Shown here piece by piece: positions 1 to 8,395 of a stretch of 39,215 nucleotides of DNA (positions are counted from its first letter, which is position 1; the number at the start of each line of letters is the position of its first letter). The position numbers and the translations under genes are program-made. The notes beneath the pieces were generated by a model. It was not told the origin of the DNA and searched no databases. It saw only the letters and a list, made by a program, of their open reading frames with translations. Source of the DNA: an uncultured Nitrospirota bacterium (GTDB lineage Bacteria; Nitrospirota; Nitrospiria; SBBL01; CAZOFZ01); the NCBI GenBank assembly GCA_964592995.1, contig CAZQIT010000174.1, positions 1 to 39,215 of the forward strand. The letters are read 5' to 3'.

Positions 1-117
1 GACATAGACCTGCTTGACGACTTCTGAGAATGTGCCATAAGCAATCCCATTACGCAAGAGAATGCGCACAAGTGGACGAAGGATCTTAAAGATGGCATCC
101 TGAATCTCTTCCCGCAT
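1..117 (-). CDS. 5' end (39 codons) of a protein gene that runs off the left edge; function unknown
   Basis: ATG at 117-115 lies 7 nt downstream of a purine-rich AAGGAAAG. The frame stays open to position 1 (MREEIQDAIFKILRPLVRILLRNGIAYGTFSEVVKQVYV...). It is too short to appear in the ORF track. Confidence 0.45.
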   Translation of the reverse strand, partial: MREEIQDAIFKILRPLVRILLRNGIAYGTFSEVVKQVYV

Positions 118-200
118 GGATATTCTTTCCTTAAACCCAGACTACAGCAATAGAAATGATCGGGTTGCTGACGACTGACCGCAGTCATTTTCTGACTGCT

Positions 201-229
201 ACTTTATTCCCAAATTTATTCCATGTCAA
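201..229 (-). promoter_or_regulatory. Candidate sigma-70 promoter for the leftward partial gene
   Basis: On the minus strand: TTGACA (229-224), a 17-nt spacer, then TAAAGT (206-201). It sits in an AT-rich intergenic stretch about 85 nt upstream of the ATG at 117. Confidence 0.4.
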
Positions 230-307
230 TAAAATTAGGGGTCTATGTGATTGACTCTTGTGGGTGAAGATGTCGAACCAAACCTCGACTGGGTTGAACC
301 CACTTGC

Positions 308-346
308 ATAAAAAAGCCCCCCAGTTTTCACTGGAGGGCTTTTTTG
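308..346 (-). terminator. Rho-independent terminator downstream of groEL; looks bidirectional
   Basis: A 10-bp GC-rich stem (315-324 pairs with 331-340, one mismatch) has a 6-nt loop. It is flanked by an A run (310-315) and a T run (341-345). On the minus strand it is followed by TTTTTT, 45 nt after the groEL stop. Confidence 0.7.
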
Positions 347-390
347 TTGCAGCGCTTTTTGTGGAAGCGGGACGATAGACTTGGCTTGGC

Positions 391-2022
391 TTAGTACATA
401 TCGCCCATTCCGCCGCCACCGCCTGGCATCGACGGCATTTTTGATTTTTCTTCTGGAATTTCTGCGATCATGACGTCGGTGGTCAACATCAATCCCGCGA
501 CGCTTGCGGCATTTTGAAGCGCCGTCCGCGTTACCTTGGTCGGGTCGATAATACCCGCATCCACCATGTCAACATAGGTTTCTGTTTGCGCGTCAAACCC
601 CATGCTACCCTTCTCTTTTTTCACGCGCTCCACAACCACAGACGCCTCAAGACCCGCATTCTCGATAATTTGCCGAATCGGCTCTTCCATGGCTCGGCGC
701 ACAATGTCCACGCCGATCTTTTCGTCCCCTTCTGACTTCACACGATCCAGCGCCGAAATACATCGGAGCAGCGCAACACCGCCGCCTGGAACGATGCCTT
801 CTTCGACTGCCGCTTTGGTGGCATGCAGGGCGTCTTCGACACGCGCTTTTTTCTCTTTCATTTCCGTTTCGGTCACGGCTCCGACGTTGATGACGGCGAC
901 TCCCCCCACGATCTTGGCCAGCCGCTCTTGCAGCTTCTCCCGATCGTAATCAGAAGTCGTTTCCTCCACTTGGGCTTTGATCTGCTTGACGCGGCCCTGA
1001 ATCTTGTGGGTGTCTCCGGCGCCCTCGACAATCGTGGTATTATCTTTGTCGATGGTGATCCGTTTTGCGCGTCCCAGATCGGATACCTTGACATTCTCAA
1101 GTTTCAGGCCCAAGTCTTCCGAAATCACTTGTCCGCCTGTGAGAATCGCAATGTCTTCGAGCATGGCCTTTCTTCGATCACCGAAACCGGGGGCCTTGAC
1201 TGCCGCAACTTGAAGCGTGCCGCGCAGCTTATTGACCACCAACGTGGCCAGCGCTTCACCCTCGACCTCTTCCGCAATAATGAGGAGGGGGCGTCCCAGC
1301 TTTGCAACGGCTTCCAGCACAGGCAGCAGATCCTTCATGGACGATATTTTCTTTTCGTTAATGAGGATTGAAGCATCCGTGAGGGATGTTTCCATTCGCT
1401 CCGCATCCGTCACGAAGTAGGGCGAAATATAGCCCCGGTCAAACTGCATGCCTTCCACCACGTCCAGAGAGGTGGTCATGCTCTTGGCCTCTTCTACGGT
1501 GATAACGCCATCTTTCCCGACCTTTTCCATGGCTTCCGCGATGAGGTCGCCGATCGTTTTGTCGTTATTGGCAGAAATGGTGCCGATCTGCGCGATCTCT
1601 TTTTTGGTCTGACAAGGCTTGGAAATGCTCTTCAATTCCTCGACGACAACTTCCACAGCCTTATCAATCCCCCGCTTCAGCTCCATCGGATTGGCGCCTG
1701 CCGAAAGATTCCGAACCCCTTCCTTGAGAATGGACTGCGCCAAAACCGTCGCGGTGGTGGTTCCATCTCCGGCGACATCTGAGGTCTTGCTGGCCACTTC
1801 TCGGACCAGTTGCGCGCCCATATTTTCGTAGGGGTCCTTTAACTCGATCTCTTTGGCCACCGTGACACCATCTTTGGTAATCGTCGGTGCGCCGAACTTC
1901 TTTTCGATCATGACATTACGACCTTTGGGTCCCAGTGTTGCCTTCACGGCCGTGCTCAACTGGTTGACCCCACGAAGAATCGCCGTCCGTGCCTCTTCAC
2001 TATATTTCATCTGCTTTGCCAT
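391..2022 (-). CDS. groL: Chaperonin GroEL (Cpn60), 543 aa
   Basis: Full-length match to GroEL hallmarks: [20 protein letters not shown] and a C-terminal GGM-type tail ([11 protein letters not shown]). GGGAGGA lies 6 nt upstream of the ATG. It sits immediately downstream of groES. Confidence 0.98.
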   Translation of the reverse strand: MAKQMKYSEEARTAILRGVNQLSTAVKATLGPKGRNVMIEKKFGAPTITKDGVTVAKEIELKDPYENMGAQLVREVASKTSDVAGDGTTTATVLAQSILKEGVRNLSAGANPMELKRGIDKAVEVVVEELKSISKPCQTKKEIAQIGTISANNDKTIGDLIAEAMEKVGKDGVITVEEAKSMTTSLDVVEGMQFDRGYISPYFVTDAERMETSLTDASILINEKKISSMKDLLPVLEAVAKLGRPLLIIAEEVEGEALATLVVNKLRGTLQVAAVKAPGFGDRRKAMLEDIAILTGGQVISEDLGLKLENVKVSDLGRAKRITIDKDNTTIVEGAGDTHKIQGRVKQIKAQVEETTSDYDREKLQERLAKIVGGVAVINVGAVTETEMKEKKARVEDALHATKAAVEEGIVPGGGVALLRCISALDRVKSEGDEKIGVDIVRRAMEEPIRQIIENAGLEASVVVERVKKEKGSMGFDAQTETYVDMVDAGIIDPTKVTRTALQNAASVAGLMLTTDVMIAEIPEEKSKMPSMPGGGGGMGDMY

Positions 2023-2059
2023 TCATTTCCTCCCTACGGTTTCTGACGCTTTGTGTACC

Positions 2060-2362
2060 TTATACAATGACCCCCAGAATATCTTCTTCCTTCAGAATCA
2101 GATATTCTTGGCCTTCCAAGTTGATCTTGGAACCTGAATATTTGTCGAACAGAACCACGTCGCCCACTTTGACGTTTTTGACCTCGGCCCCGATCGCTTC
2201 AATTGTCCCCTTTTGGGGTTTTTCCTTGGCCGCATCCGGAATAAAAAGGCCCCCGGATGTCTTTTCAAGCTCTTCCGTATAGCTGACAAACACCCGCTCT
2301 TTAAGCGGGCGAAACTGAACTGCTGTCTTTGTTGCCTGTGCCGCCTGTGCCGCCTGTACCAT
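2060..2362 (-). CDS. groS: Co-chaperonin GroES (Cpn10) with a repeat-encoded N-terminal extension
   Basis: Carries the [10 protein letters not shown]...GGLFIPD...GTIEAIG...GDVVLF GroES core. The ATG at 2362 has GGAGG 6 nt upstream. The track start at 2380 is TTG and has no RBS. Confidence 0.93.
   Translation of the reverse strand: MVQAAQAAQATKTAVQFRPLKERVFVSYTEELEKTSGGLFIPDAAKEKPQKGTIEAIGAEVKNVKVGDVVLFDKYSGSKINLEGQEYLILKEEDILGVIV
2334..2360. repeat. 3 x 9-bp tandem repeat (GCCTGTGCC, GCCTGTGCC, GCCTGTACC) at the 5' end of groES
   Basis: Read directly from the sequence. It encodes (M)VQAAQAAQA on the minus strand. Confidence 0.85.
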
Positions 2363-2416
2363 TGATTGCCTCCCTCGCAAACGGTTCCTTGATGCCCAAC
2401 GAGCATTAGAGAGGAT

Positions 2417-2444
2417 GATATATCAGCACATGGCGTGAAATCAA
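2417..2444 (-). promoter_or_regulatory. Candidate sigma-70-type promoter for groES-groEL
   Basis: On the minus strand: TTGATT (2444-2439), a 16-nt spacer, then TATATC (2422-2417), about 55 nt upstream of the groES ATG. No CIRCE inverted repeat is visible. Confidence 0.3.
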
Positions 2445-2464
2445 GTTGATTTTGTCCCGGGTGT

Positions 2465-3445
2465 TCATGACCCAGAGGCTTCGAGATGTTCTTTGACGGC
2501 GGCCGTCAGACGCGGTAAGACTTCAAAGAGGTCTCCTACAATGCCGTAATGGGCCAGCTTGAAGATCGGCGCATTGGGGTCTTTATTGATTGCCACAATG
2601 TATTTGGCCGAGGACATCCCCGCCTGATGTTGCACGGCGCCGGAGATCCCGCAGGCGATATAAAGCAGCGGAGAGACCGTCTTTCCGGTCAGCCCCACCT
2701 GATACGAATGGGGTTTCCATCCTGCATCGACTGCCGCGCGCGAGGCCCCCACCGCCGCACCCAGCACCGAAGCCAGCGCTTCGACCAGATGAAAATGCTC
2801 CGGCCCTTTCAAGCCTCGTCCGCCGGATACGATGATGCGCGCCTCGGTCAGCTCCACCGTGGAGCCGACCGTCTTCTGTACCTCTCTCACCTGGGCCAAC
2901 AGGCGCGTCCAGTCGAACGATGGGGTATAAGGCGTGATGATTGCCGCAGGGACCGCTTCCGGCGCGACGACCGGAAACGCGTTTGGACGCAACGTGGCCA
3001 CCTGGAGGGTGGACTGGCAACTGATGACCTTCGCCATCATCTTTCCCGCATAGATCGGACGGGTGGCCGTCAAAAACCCGTTGTCGTCCAGAGAAAGCCC
3101 AACGCAATCTCCAAAAAATGGCGCCTGCAATCGGGCGGCCAGTTTCGGTCCCAGATCTTTCCCCATCGCCGTGGCACCCATCAAAATCAGCACAGGTGCC
3201 CTCTTTTTTGCAAGGTCGGCCATAACCGTGGCATAGCCCTCGGACGAATAAAGCGCAAACCGAGGGTCTTCAATCTGATAGACGCGGTCCGCGCCGGGGA
3301 GCGGTGAAGGGGCCGCAACTCCCCCGATCAAAACCGCAGCCACCTCTCCCCCCGCGCGAAGCAAATGCGCAGCCCCCAGGGCTTCCAGTCCAGCACGCTT
3401 GATCACTCCGTCCCGCTGCTCACAAAAAACCAAAATTCCGGCCAT
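2465..3445 (-). CDS. etfA: Electron transfer flavoprotein alpha subunit (EtfA), 326 aa
   Basis: The N-terminus ILVFCEQRDG and the C-terminal FAD-binding signature LYIACGISGAVQHQAGM...IVAINKDPNAPIF are typical of ETF alpha. Confidence 0.9.
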   Translation of the reverse strand: MAGILVFCEQRDGVIKRAGLEALGAAHLLRAGGEVAAVLIGGVAAPSPLPGADRVYQIEDPRFALYSSEGYATVMADLAKKRAPVLILMGATAMGKDLGPKLAARLQAPFFGDCVGLSLDDNGFLTATRPIYAGKMMAKVISCQSTLQVATLRPNAFPVVAPEAVPAAIITPYTPSFDWTRLLAQVREVQKTVGSTVELTEARIIVSGGRGLKGPEHFHLVEALASVLGAAVGASRAAVDAGWKPHSYQVGLTGKTVSPLLYIACGISGAVQHQAGMSSAKYIVAINKDPNAPIFKLAHYGIVGDLFEVLPRLTAAVKEHLEASGS

Positions 3446-3456
3446 GCTGCTCCCGT

Positions 3457-4599
3457 CTAGGGATCCTTAAAGCGATCCAGCCTCACGTTAATGTCATACT
3501 CTTTTAAGCATTGTTGGTAGTACGTGTAATCGTCCTTGAGTGCCTGCACGGTGGAGGTGTAACCGCACTTTAAAATTTCAACTCGGGAGTCAAAGCTGAC
3601 GGCGTTATGCGCAAAAAGGTAGGCGTCCGACGGCTGAGGCTGCGTCAGAATAAACCGTTTGGTCGGATGTTCCGAGATGTATCGCTTGAGGGCCAGATAT
3701 ATCCGCGCGGAGGTGCTAATCCGCATGGCTTGATCGTAGATATGAGAGAGACCCTTTTCCTTGATGCCCACACACTTTCCCGACAGATCACGCAGGCGGA
3801 CGCGCGTGCGGTCGTTGACAATATATTGCACCGGATTGACCACCCAGACCATCTCTGCGTCATAGTTTAGGGCAACATCAATGTGGGCCACGCGACTCAC
3901 ACCGCCGTCGATATATTCCTTGCCCCGGATATGCACCGGTTGAAAGAGGATCGGCACGGCCGACGAAGCCGTCACCGCAAGAGAGATTGGAATGTCGGAA
4001 AAATCCCCCTCTCCAAAGACATCATAGCGCCCCATATCCAGGTCTACGGCCGGAATATAGAGCGCCCTCTTTAAATTCCGAAAATCGTTGGTATAGCCCT
4101 CCTGAGAAAAAAAATGGGCCAGCGAGCGATCCAGATTTTTTAATGTAAAGATACCGGAAGGGAGATTTTCCTCCAGCATCGGCAGGAGGTCAAGAATGGA
4201 GAGTCGGCCCCGATTCTTTAGAAAATGACGGGCAATCGGGATCAGGGAACGCACGAACTTTTTGACCATGTGCCAGCTTTCCCGATAACCAAAGCTGTAG
4301 ATGTCTCGTCGCGCAAAGTTAAAGTAACTCTTTCGGTCATTCCGAATATCGTCATAGATGGCCCGTGGCTTGACACCATTGGCCATGAACGCCGCCACTG
4401 CGGCCCCCGCGCTGGTGCCCACATAAACATCAAATTGATTAACAGAAAATCCATCAAAAAAATCGTCCAGCGCCGTCAGGCAGCCGATCTCATACATCCA
4501 TCCGGGGATACCTCCCCCTGCCAGCACCAGTGCTCGTTTTGCTGGTTTTGCCAGTGTTGCCAGACTTGGATGTATTGAGGGTCCGTTTTGCTCTGCCAT
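3457..4599 (-). CDS. Patatin-like phospholipase (about 380 aa), located between etfB and etfA
   Basis: Contains the oxyanion hole GGGIPG, the nucleophile elbow GTSAG and the catalytic Asp motif DGG (YIDGGVS). The start is uncertain. The ATG at 4599 lacks a clear SD, and the longer track ORF starts at a GTG at 4638 that overlaps etfB. Confidence 0.85.
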   Translation of the reverse strand: MAEQNGPSIHPSLATLAKPAKRALVLAGGGIPGWMYEIGCLTALDDFFDGFSVNQFDVYVGTSAGAAVAAFMANGVKPRAIYDDIRNDRKSYFNFARRDIYSFGYRESWHMVKKFVRSLIPIARHFLKNRGRLSILDLLPMLEENLPSGIFTLKNLDRSLAHFFSQEGYTNDFRNLKRALYIPAVDLDMGRYDVFGEGDFSDIPISLAVTASSAVPILFQPVHIRGKEYIDGGVSRVAHIDVALNYDAEMVWVVNPVQYIVNDRTRVRLRDLSGKCVGIKEKGLSHIYDQAMRISTSARIYLALKRYISEHPTKRFILTQPQPSDAYLFAHNAVSFDSRVEILKCGYTSTVQALKDDYTYYQQCLKEYDINVRLDRFKDP

Positions 4600-4606
4600 A
4601 TCCGAC

Positions 4607-4615
4607 GGGGGGGGG
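4607..4615. repeat. Homopolymer tract: G9 on the plus strand, C9 on the coding strand
   Basis: Read directly: TAA(etfB stop)-CCCCCCCCC-GTCGGAT-ATG(patatin) on the minus strand. Confidence 0.9.
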
Positions 4616-5410
4616 TTACAGAACTTTAACCTCTTCACGCAGAAACTGGATCAACTCCAGAACGGCCTCTTCTGGCGTTCCCTGCGCAATTTTGCAAGAC
4701 GTGCAGACCGTAGGGGGCGAAAGCCGCTCAATGATCGTCTTCGCGCCCTGTTGTCCCACCCGATCCATGGTCAACCCAAGATCTAAGACGGTCAGGGTGG
4801 TCAGTGGCTTCTGCCTGGCCCTCATAATACCGGGGAGCGAGGCGTAACGAGGTTCATTGAGACCCTTCTGACAGGTAAAGATCGCCGGAAGCGTCGTTTC
4901 GACCACCTCAATGGCCCCCTCGATCTGACGATGGGCGATGGCCCGACGCTCTTGCGGAACAAGGGTCAGTTTGTTGATGACCGCCACATGCGGCAGACCC
5001 ATCATTTCGGCGACATGAATCCCGACCGCACCATTGTCGTCGTCAATCGCCTGTTTTCCAAAGAAAATGATGTCATACGATTCTCGTTTCAGGGCCGCCA
5101 CGAGCACCACGGCGGTGGAATAGGCGTCGCCTCCTTCCAGGTGCGGGTCTTTGATGTGCACCGCCTGATCGGCCCCCATGGCCAGACAGGTGCGCAGGGC
5201 CTCCGCTGCTTTTTGAGGGCCTAGGGTAATGACCGTCACCTGACCCACACCCAGGCCCTCCTTGATTCGCAATCCCTCTTCGACGGCAAACTCGTCGTAG
5301 GGATTGACCACATAAGACAGGCCCGTCCAGTCCACGCCGGAGCCATCGGCCTGCAGCTTTATTCTGGATTCCGACGCCGGAACCTGCTTGATGCAGACGG
5401 CAATGTTCAT
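4616..5410 (-). CDS. etfB: Electron transfer flavoprotein beta subunit (EtfB), 264 aa
   Basis: MNIAVCIKQVP... N-terminus, a length of about 260 aa, and its position upstream of etfA. Confidence 0.9.
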   Translation of the reverse strand: MNIAVCIKQVPASESRIKLQADGSGVDWTGLSYVVNPYDEFAVEEGLRIKEGLGVGQVTVITLGPQKAAEALRTCLAMGADQAVHIKDPHLEGGDAYSTAVVLVAALKRESYDIIFFGKQAIDDDNGAVGIHVAEMMGLPHVAVINKLTLVPQERRAIAHRQIEGAIEVVETTLPAIFTCQKGLNEPRYASLPGIMRARQKPLTTLTVLDLGLTMDRVGQQGAKTIIERLSPPTVCTSCKIAQGTPEEAVLELIQFLREEVKVL

Positions 5411-5443
5411 TCGGCTACCTCGTGATGAAGATGCGGTAGGCGC

Positions 5444-5683
5444 TCACAAAAATCGCCCTTTTCCCCTCTTGGCGTCTGCACTCCCTTTTTTAAGAGAGGC
5501 CATTAATCCTTCGTCTTTGAGGATCGTTTCCATCTCAAAATCATCGGCATACTCCATGATCTCCATGTATTTTCGCGTTGCGGTCTCAATATAATTTGAG
5601 AGCGGACGGTTCTCATCCTCGGCATGGATTTTCATTTTTTGATATAAGGCATCCTCTAAGTGGAGCGTCACGGTTCTGGACAT
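5444..5683 (-). CDS. Small ribbon-helix-helix (CopG/antitoxin-like) protein, 79 aa
   Basis: The N-terminal beta-strand-helix-helix pattern (TVTLHLEDALYQKMKIHAEDENRPLSNYIETATRKY) resembles RHH DNA-binding domains. The assignment rests on pattern only. Confidence 0.55.
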   Translation of the reverse strand: MSRTVTLHLEDALYQKMKIHAEDENRPLSNYIETATRKYMEIMEYADDFEMETILKDEGLMASLKKGSADAKRGKGRFL

Positions 5684-5728
5684 TGGACTCTCGGAAAGGA
5701 GGGTTTAAGAAAAATGGTTCCTTTGAGT

Positions 5729-7414
5729 TTACCCATGCGGCCTTGTGAACATCTGGATCTCCCCCGTCTGCGGATTGCGGCGGGAGTTGACGAACGTCAG
5801 CCAGTGGGCGTCGTCGCGGTCGGGGAAGTCCATCCGCGTCTGATATGACGGCCAGCGGGTTTCCTTTCGATAGATCAAGTGTTCGACCAGTACCTGCGCC
5901 ACATCGACCCGGTCGATCACCTCGTGCGCCTTCATCAGTTGATGCAGGTCGTCGGCCACCAGATTCTCGGTCTCGGCGGGCAGCTCGGCCAGCCGCGCGC
6001 GGGCGATCATCAACATCGCCTCGTTCATTTCATAATAGGTGACCCGGCCTCCGGCATATTGCTCCATGATCCCCTGAAGCCGCGCCTCCAACTCCGTGGG
6101 CTGAAGACCATAGCGCAACTTTCCGTGTCGGGTAAACGGCGCAAAAGCGCGCGCCTGGGCCTGAGCGATCTGTCCCTCCGAGACCAAACCGGACGGCGCC
6201 GTCGCCACATCCTCCCCTGCCGCCCGCGCCGCCATCATCCCCTCGGCCCAGCAGCCGGAGACAAACTTAAACGGCGCGCCCCCCGCGACATCCCCCGCCG
6301 CATACAGACCCGGCAGCGTCGTTCGGCGATCCACATCCACCCAGTAGCCCGACTGACAATGGCCGCCGACGACATACGGTTCGGTCGTCTGTACTTCAAT
6401 GGGTGTTTTGGATGGGTCGATGCCGTTGGCTGCCCAATAGAGCACCATCGACGGGTACATGTCGAGGTAGGCCTCCTTGAGCGCCCGCACCTGATCGGAC
6501 GAAAGGCCCCGCGTGTCGAGATAAACCGGCCCCCGACCCTCCTTGATTTCCTGCAACGGGCCATAGGTTCGATAGGGCGTGGGCGCGCCGTCACCGCCGA
6601 GGTGGGCGTAGCGGGTGGCCATAAAGCGCTCGCCGAGCGCGTTGACTTGTGGGGCGTTGACCCCCAGGGCGATGGTGCCGGTGGGGGCGAGGGTGTCCTT
6701 CGTGCGCAGCGCCACGTAGCGCATCTCAAACGAGGTCATCTCGGCCCCCGCCCGAATGCCGATGGCGTAGCCCGCGCCGGTGTTGTAGGGGCAATACCAT
6801 GTTTTGTACGAGGCGTCGCCGGGGTTGTTGGGACGATAGAGCCGTCCTGCGCCACCCGTGGCCACAATCGTCGCCTTCGCGCGCACCACATGGAACGCGC
6901 CGGTGCGCAGCGAGAAGCCCACCGCGCCGGCAACCCGCTCCCCGTCCGTCAAAAGATCGGTGACGACCACCCAATTGTAGATGCGCGCACCCGCCTGCCG
7001 CGCCGCCTTTGCCAAAATGGGCTTGAGCGACTCACCGTTGATCTTGATGTTCCAGCGGCCACGGGGAATGTAATCCCCCTGATCGTCGCACAGGATCGGC
7101 AGGCCCCACTTTTCCACCTTTTTGACGCTGGACTCAAACAGCTCGGCCATGGAGCGGACGAGATCTTCGCGGATCAGTCCGCAGGCGTCCTTGCGAACAT
7201 AATCGACGAATTTATCCACCGTCTCGCCCTTGTTGATGTAGGCGTTGATGGCGTTCATCCCTCCCGCCAGACAGCCGCTGCGGTCGATGTGGGCCTTCTC
7301 CAAAATGGTGACGGTCAAATGCGGAAAGCGCTCTTTTGCCTCCACCGCCGCCATGCAGCCTGCCGTTCCCCCGCCGATAATCAGAATATCGGTGTCGATG
7401 ATTTTACGTTCCAT
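5729..7414 (-). CDS. FAD-dependent oxidoreductase of the AprA/fumarate-reductase flavoprotein family (AprA-like), 561 aa; no AprB partner
   Basis: The dinucleotide fold ILIIGGGTAGCMAA and collinear similarity to adenylylsulfate reductase alpha subunits (GGMNAINAY, IVATGGAG, EPYVVGGH, LYAAGD, YRKETRWP) support the family. No Fe-S subunit gene lies adjacent. Confidence 0.8.
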   Translation of the reverse strand: MERKIIDTDILIIGGGTAGCMAAVEAKERFPHLTVTILEKAHIDRSGCLAGGMNAINAYINKGETVDKFVDYVRKDACGLIREDLVRSMAELFESSVKKVEKWGLPILCDDQGDYIPRGRWNIKINGESLKPILAKAARQAGARIYNWVVVTDLLTDGERVAGAVGFSLRTGAFHVVRAKATIVATGGAGRLYRPNNPGDASYKTWYCPYNTGAGYAIGIRAGAEMTSFEMRYVALRTKDTLAPTGTIALGVNAPQVNALGERFMATRYAHLGGDGAPTPYRTYGPLQEIKEGRGPVYLDTRGLSSDQVRALKEAYLDMYPSMVLYWAANGIDPSKTPIEVQTTEPYVVGGHCQSGYWVDVDRRTTLPGLYAAGDVAGGAPFKFVSGCWAEGMMAARAAGEDVATAPSGLVSEGQIAQAQARAFAPFTRHGKLRYGLQPTELEARLQGIMEQYAGGRVTYYEMNEAMLMIARARLAELPAETENLVADDLHQLMKAHEVIDRVDVAQVLVEHLIYRKETRWPSYQTRMDFPDRDDAHWLTFVNSRRNPQTGEIQMFTRPHG

Positions 7415-7650
7415 AGGTCTTTCTCATTAAACCCAAGCCATTTTTATCGGTCGTGAAGGGAAGATATATAACAGATCGGCACCCATGAGCAAGGGTTTTG
7501 AAATGGGAGTCCACTATAATCTGCGTCGGAAAAATAGACATCTGCTTCCATACGGGGTCTCCACACGGTACGGTAGATCCAACGTAATTCCGATATAACA
7601 TACTGTTTAATTTCATAAATAAGCGCAGCCCTCAATGGACACGGAGACTT

Positions 7651-7666
7651 TGGCATGATAATTGCT
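7651..7666 (+). promoter_or_regulatory. Sigma-54 (-24/-12) promoter upstream of the PEP-CTERM gene
   Basis: TGGCAT-gataa-TTGCT has GG and GC at the canonical spacing of the TGGCAC-N5-TTGCW consensus. It lies about 60 nt upstream of the ATG at 7726. Confidence 0.6.
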
Positions 7667-7725
7667 TAAATACTTAAGTGACGACATAAGAATGGTCGTT
7701 TGAAACCTAAGTCGGAGGAGTGAAC

Positions 7726-8361
7726 ATGAAAAGAGCGGAAATTAAAAAGAAGTTGAAGAGTCTGGGGGGGTGTTTCCTAGCCTCCGTCGTAGCAATGGGT
7801 TTGACCGTGTCTCAGGTACAGGCCGTGCCGGTTGCGCCTACCGATTTGTTTCCACTTGTGCCCGCGGGCGTCCTGGTGGCGGGTCCGTTGGCGGATGATT
7901 TTATGACGCCTGCCAGTGTGGATAGGGGTGACCTTTTGAGCAACGTCTATCTCAGTGGTGGCGTGTACACCTACACGTTCAGGGTTACGCCCGTTGGTGT
8001 CAATAACATCTCGGAGGTCAACACTGCGTTTGATGTCGTGGGCTTCAATGGTGTTGCGGGCTACTCCTTTTCGGAGGCTGCCACCATGGGGTCAGGCTTT
8101 ACGATTGATCACGATTCGGACGACGGCACACTAGATTATAATACCGTGACGCCTAAGAATTTTGATACACTGGAGACTGTCACTTTTTTCTTCCAGTCCA
8201 TCTACGGGCCGACATGGGGTGATTACAACTTCATTGATAGTGTGGTTGGTACCGCTACAGGTTATGCCCCGGTTGCCCCGGTTCCGGAACCTGCGTCGCT
8301 GCTCCTGTTGGGTTCAGGCCTTTTGGGTCTGGGTCTTTTGAGGAAGAAGGTCCGAGGGTAA
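7726..8361 (+). CDS. Secreted PEP-CTERM sorting-domain protein (about 211 aa)
   Basis: N-terminal signal peptide (LGGCFLASVVAMGLTVSQVQA) and a C-terminal VPEPASLLLLGSGLLGLGLLRKKVRG (PEP motif, TM helix, basic tail). GGAGGAG lies 5-6 nt upstream of the ATG at 7726. The track start at 7720 is GTG and falls inside the RBS. Confidence 0.85.
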   Translation: MKRAEIKKKLKSLGGCFLASVVAMGLTVSQVQAVPVAPTDLFPLVPAGVLVAGPLADDFMTPASVDRGDLLSNVYLSGGVYTYTFRVTPVGVNNISEVNTAFDVVGFNGVAGYSFSEAATMGSGFTIDHDSDDGTLDYNTVTPKNFDTLETVTFFFQSIYGPTWGDYNFIDSVVGTATGYAPVAPVPEPASLLLLGSGLLGLGLLRKKVRG

Positions 8362-8395
8362 GCATCTCCACGCACGATCTTCGTGCGAAGTATAC

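Noticed and set aside
2381-2464. Looked for a CIRCE element (TTAGCACTC-N9-GAGTGCTAA) or a sigma-32 promoter upstream of groES
   Set aside because: No inverted repeat resembling CIRCE is present, and no convincing CTTGAAA/CCCCAT pair either. Only a weak sigma-70-like hexamer pair was found, and it is reported with low confidence.
4600-4638. Longer patatin ORF starting at the GTG at 4638 (MKRLKFCNPPPSD...)
   Set aside because: It would overlap the etfB 3' end by 23 nt, it has no RBS, and the extension is not patatin-like. It is retained only as an alternative in the homopolymer finding.
5411-5728. Searched for a toxin partner of the RHH protein (type II TA module)
   Set aside because: The flanking gaps are only 33 and 45 nt, and no small ORF on either strand fits. 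A classical TA pair is therefore not supported.
5879-7456. 525-aa ORF on the plus strand, one of the longest in the track
   Set aside because: It lies entirely antisense to the well-supported AprA-like gene. Its translation is Arg/Gly/Pro/His-rich low complexity with no motif. This is typical of stop-free antisense frames in GC-rich coding DNA.
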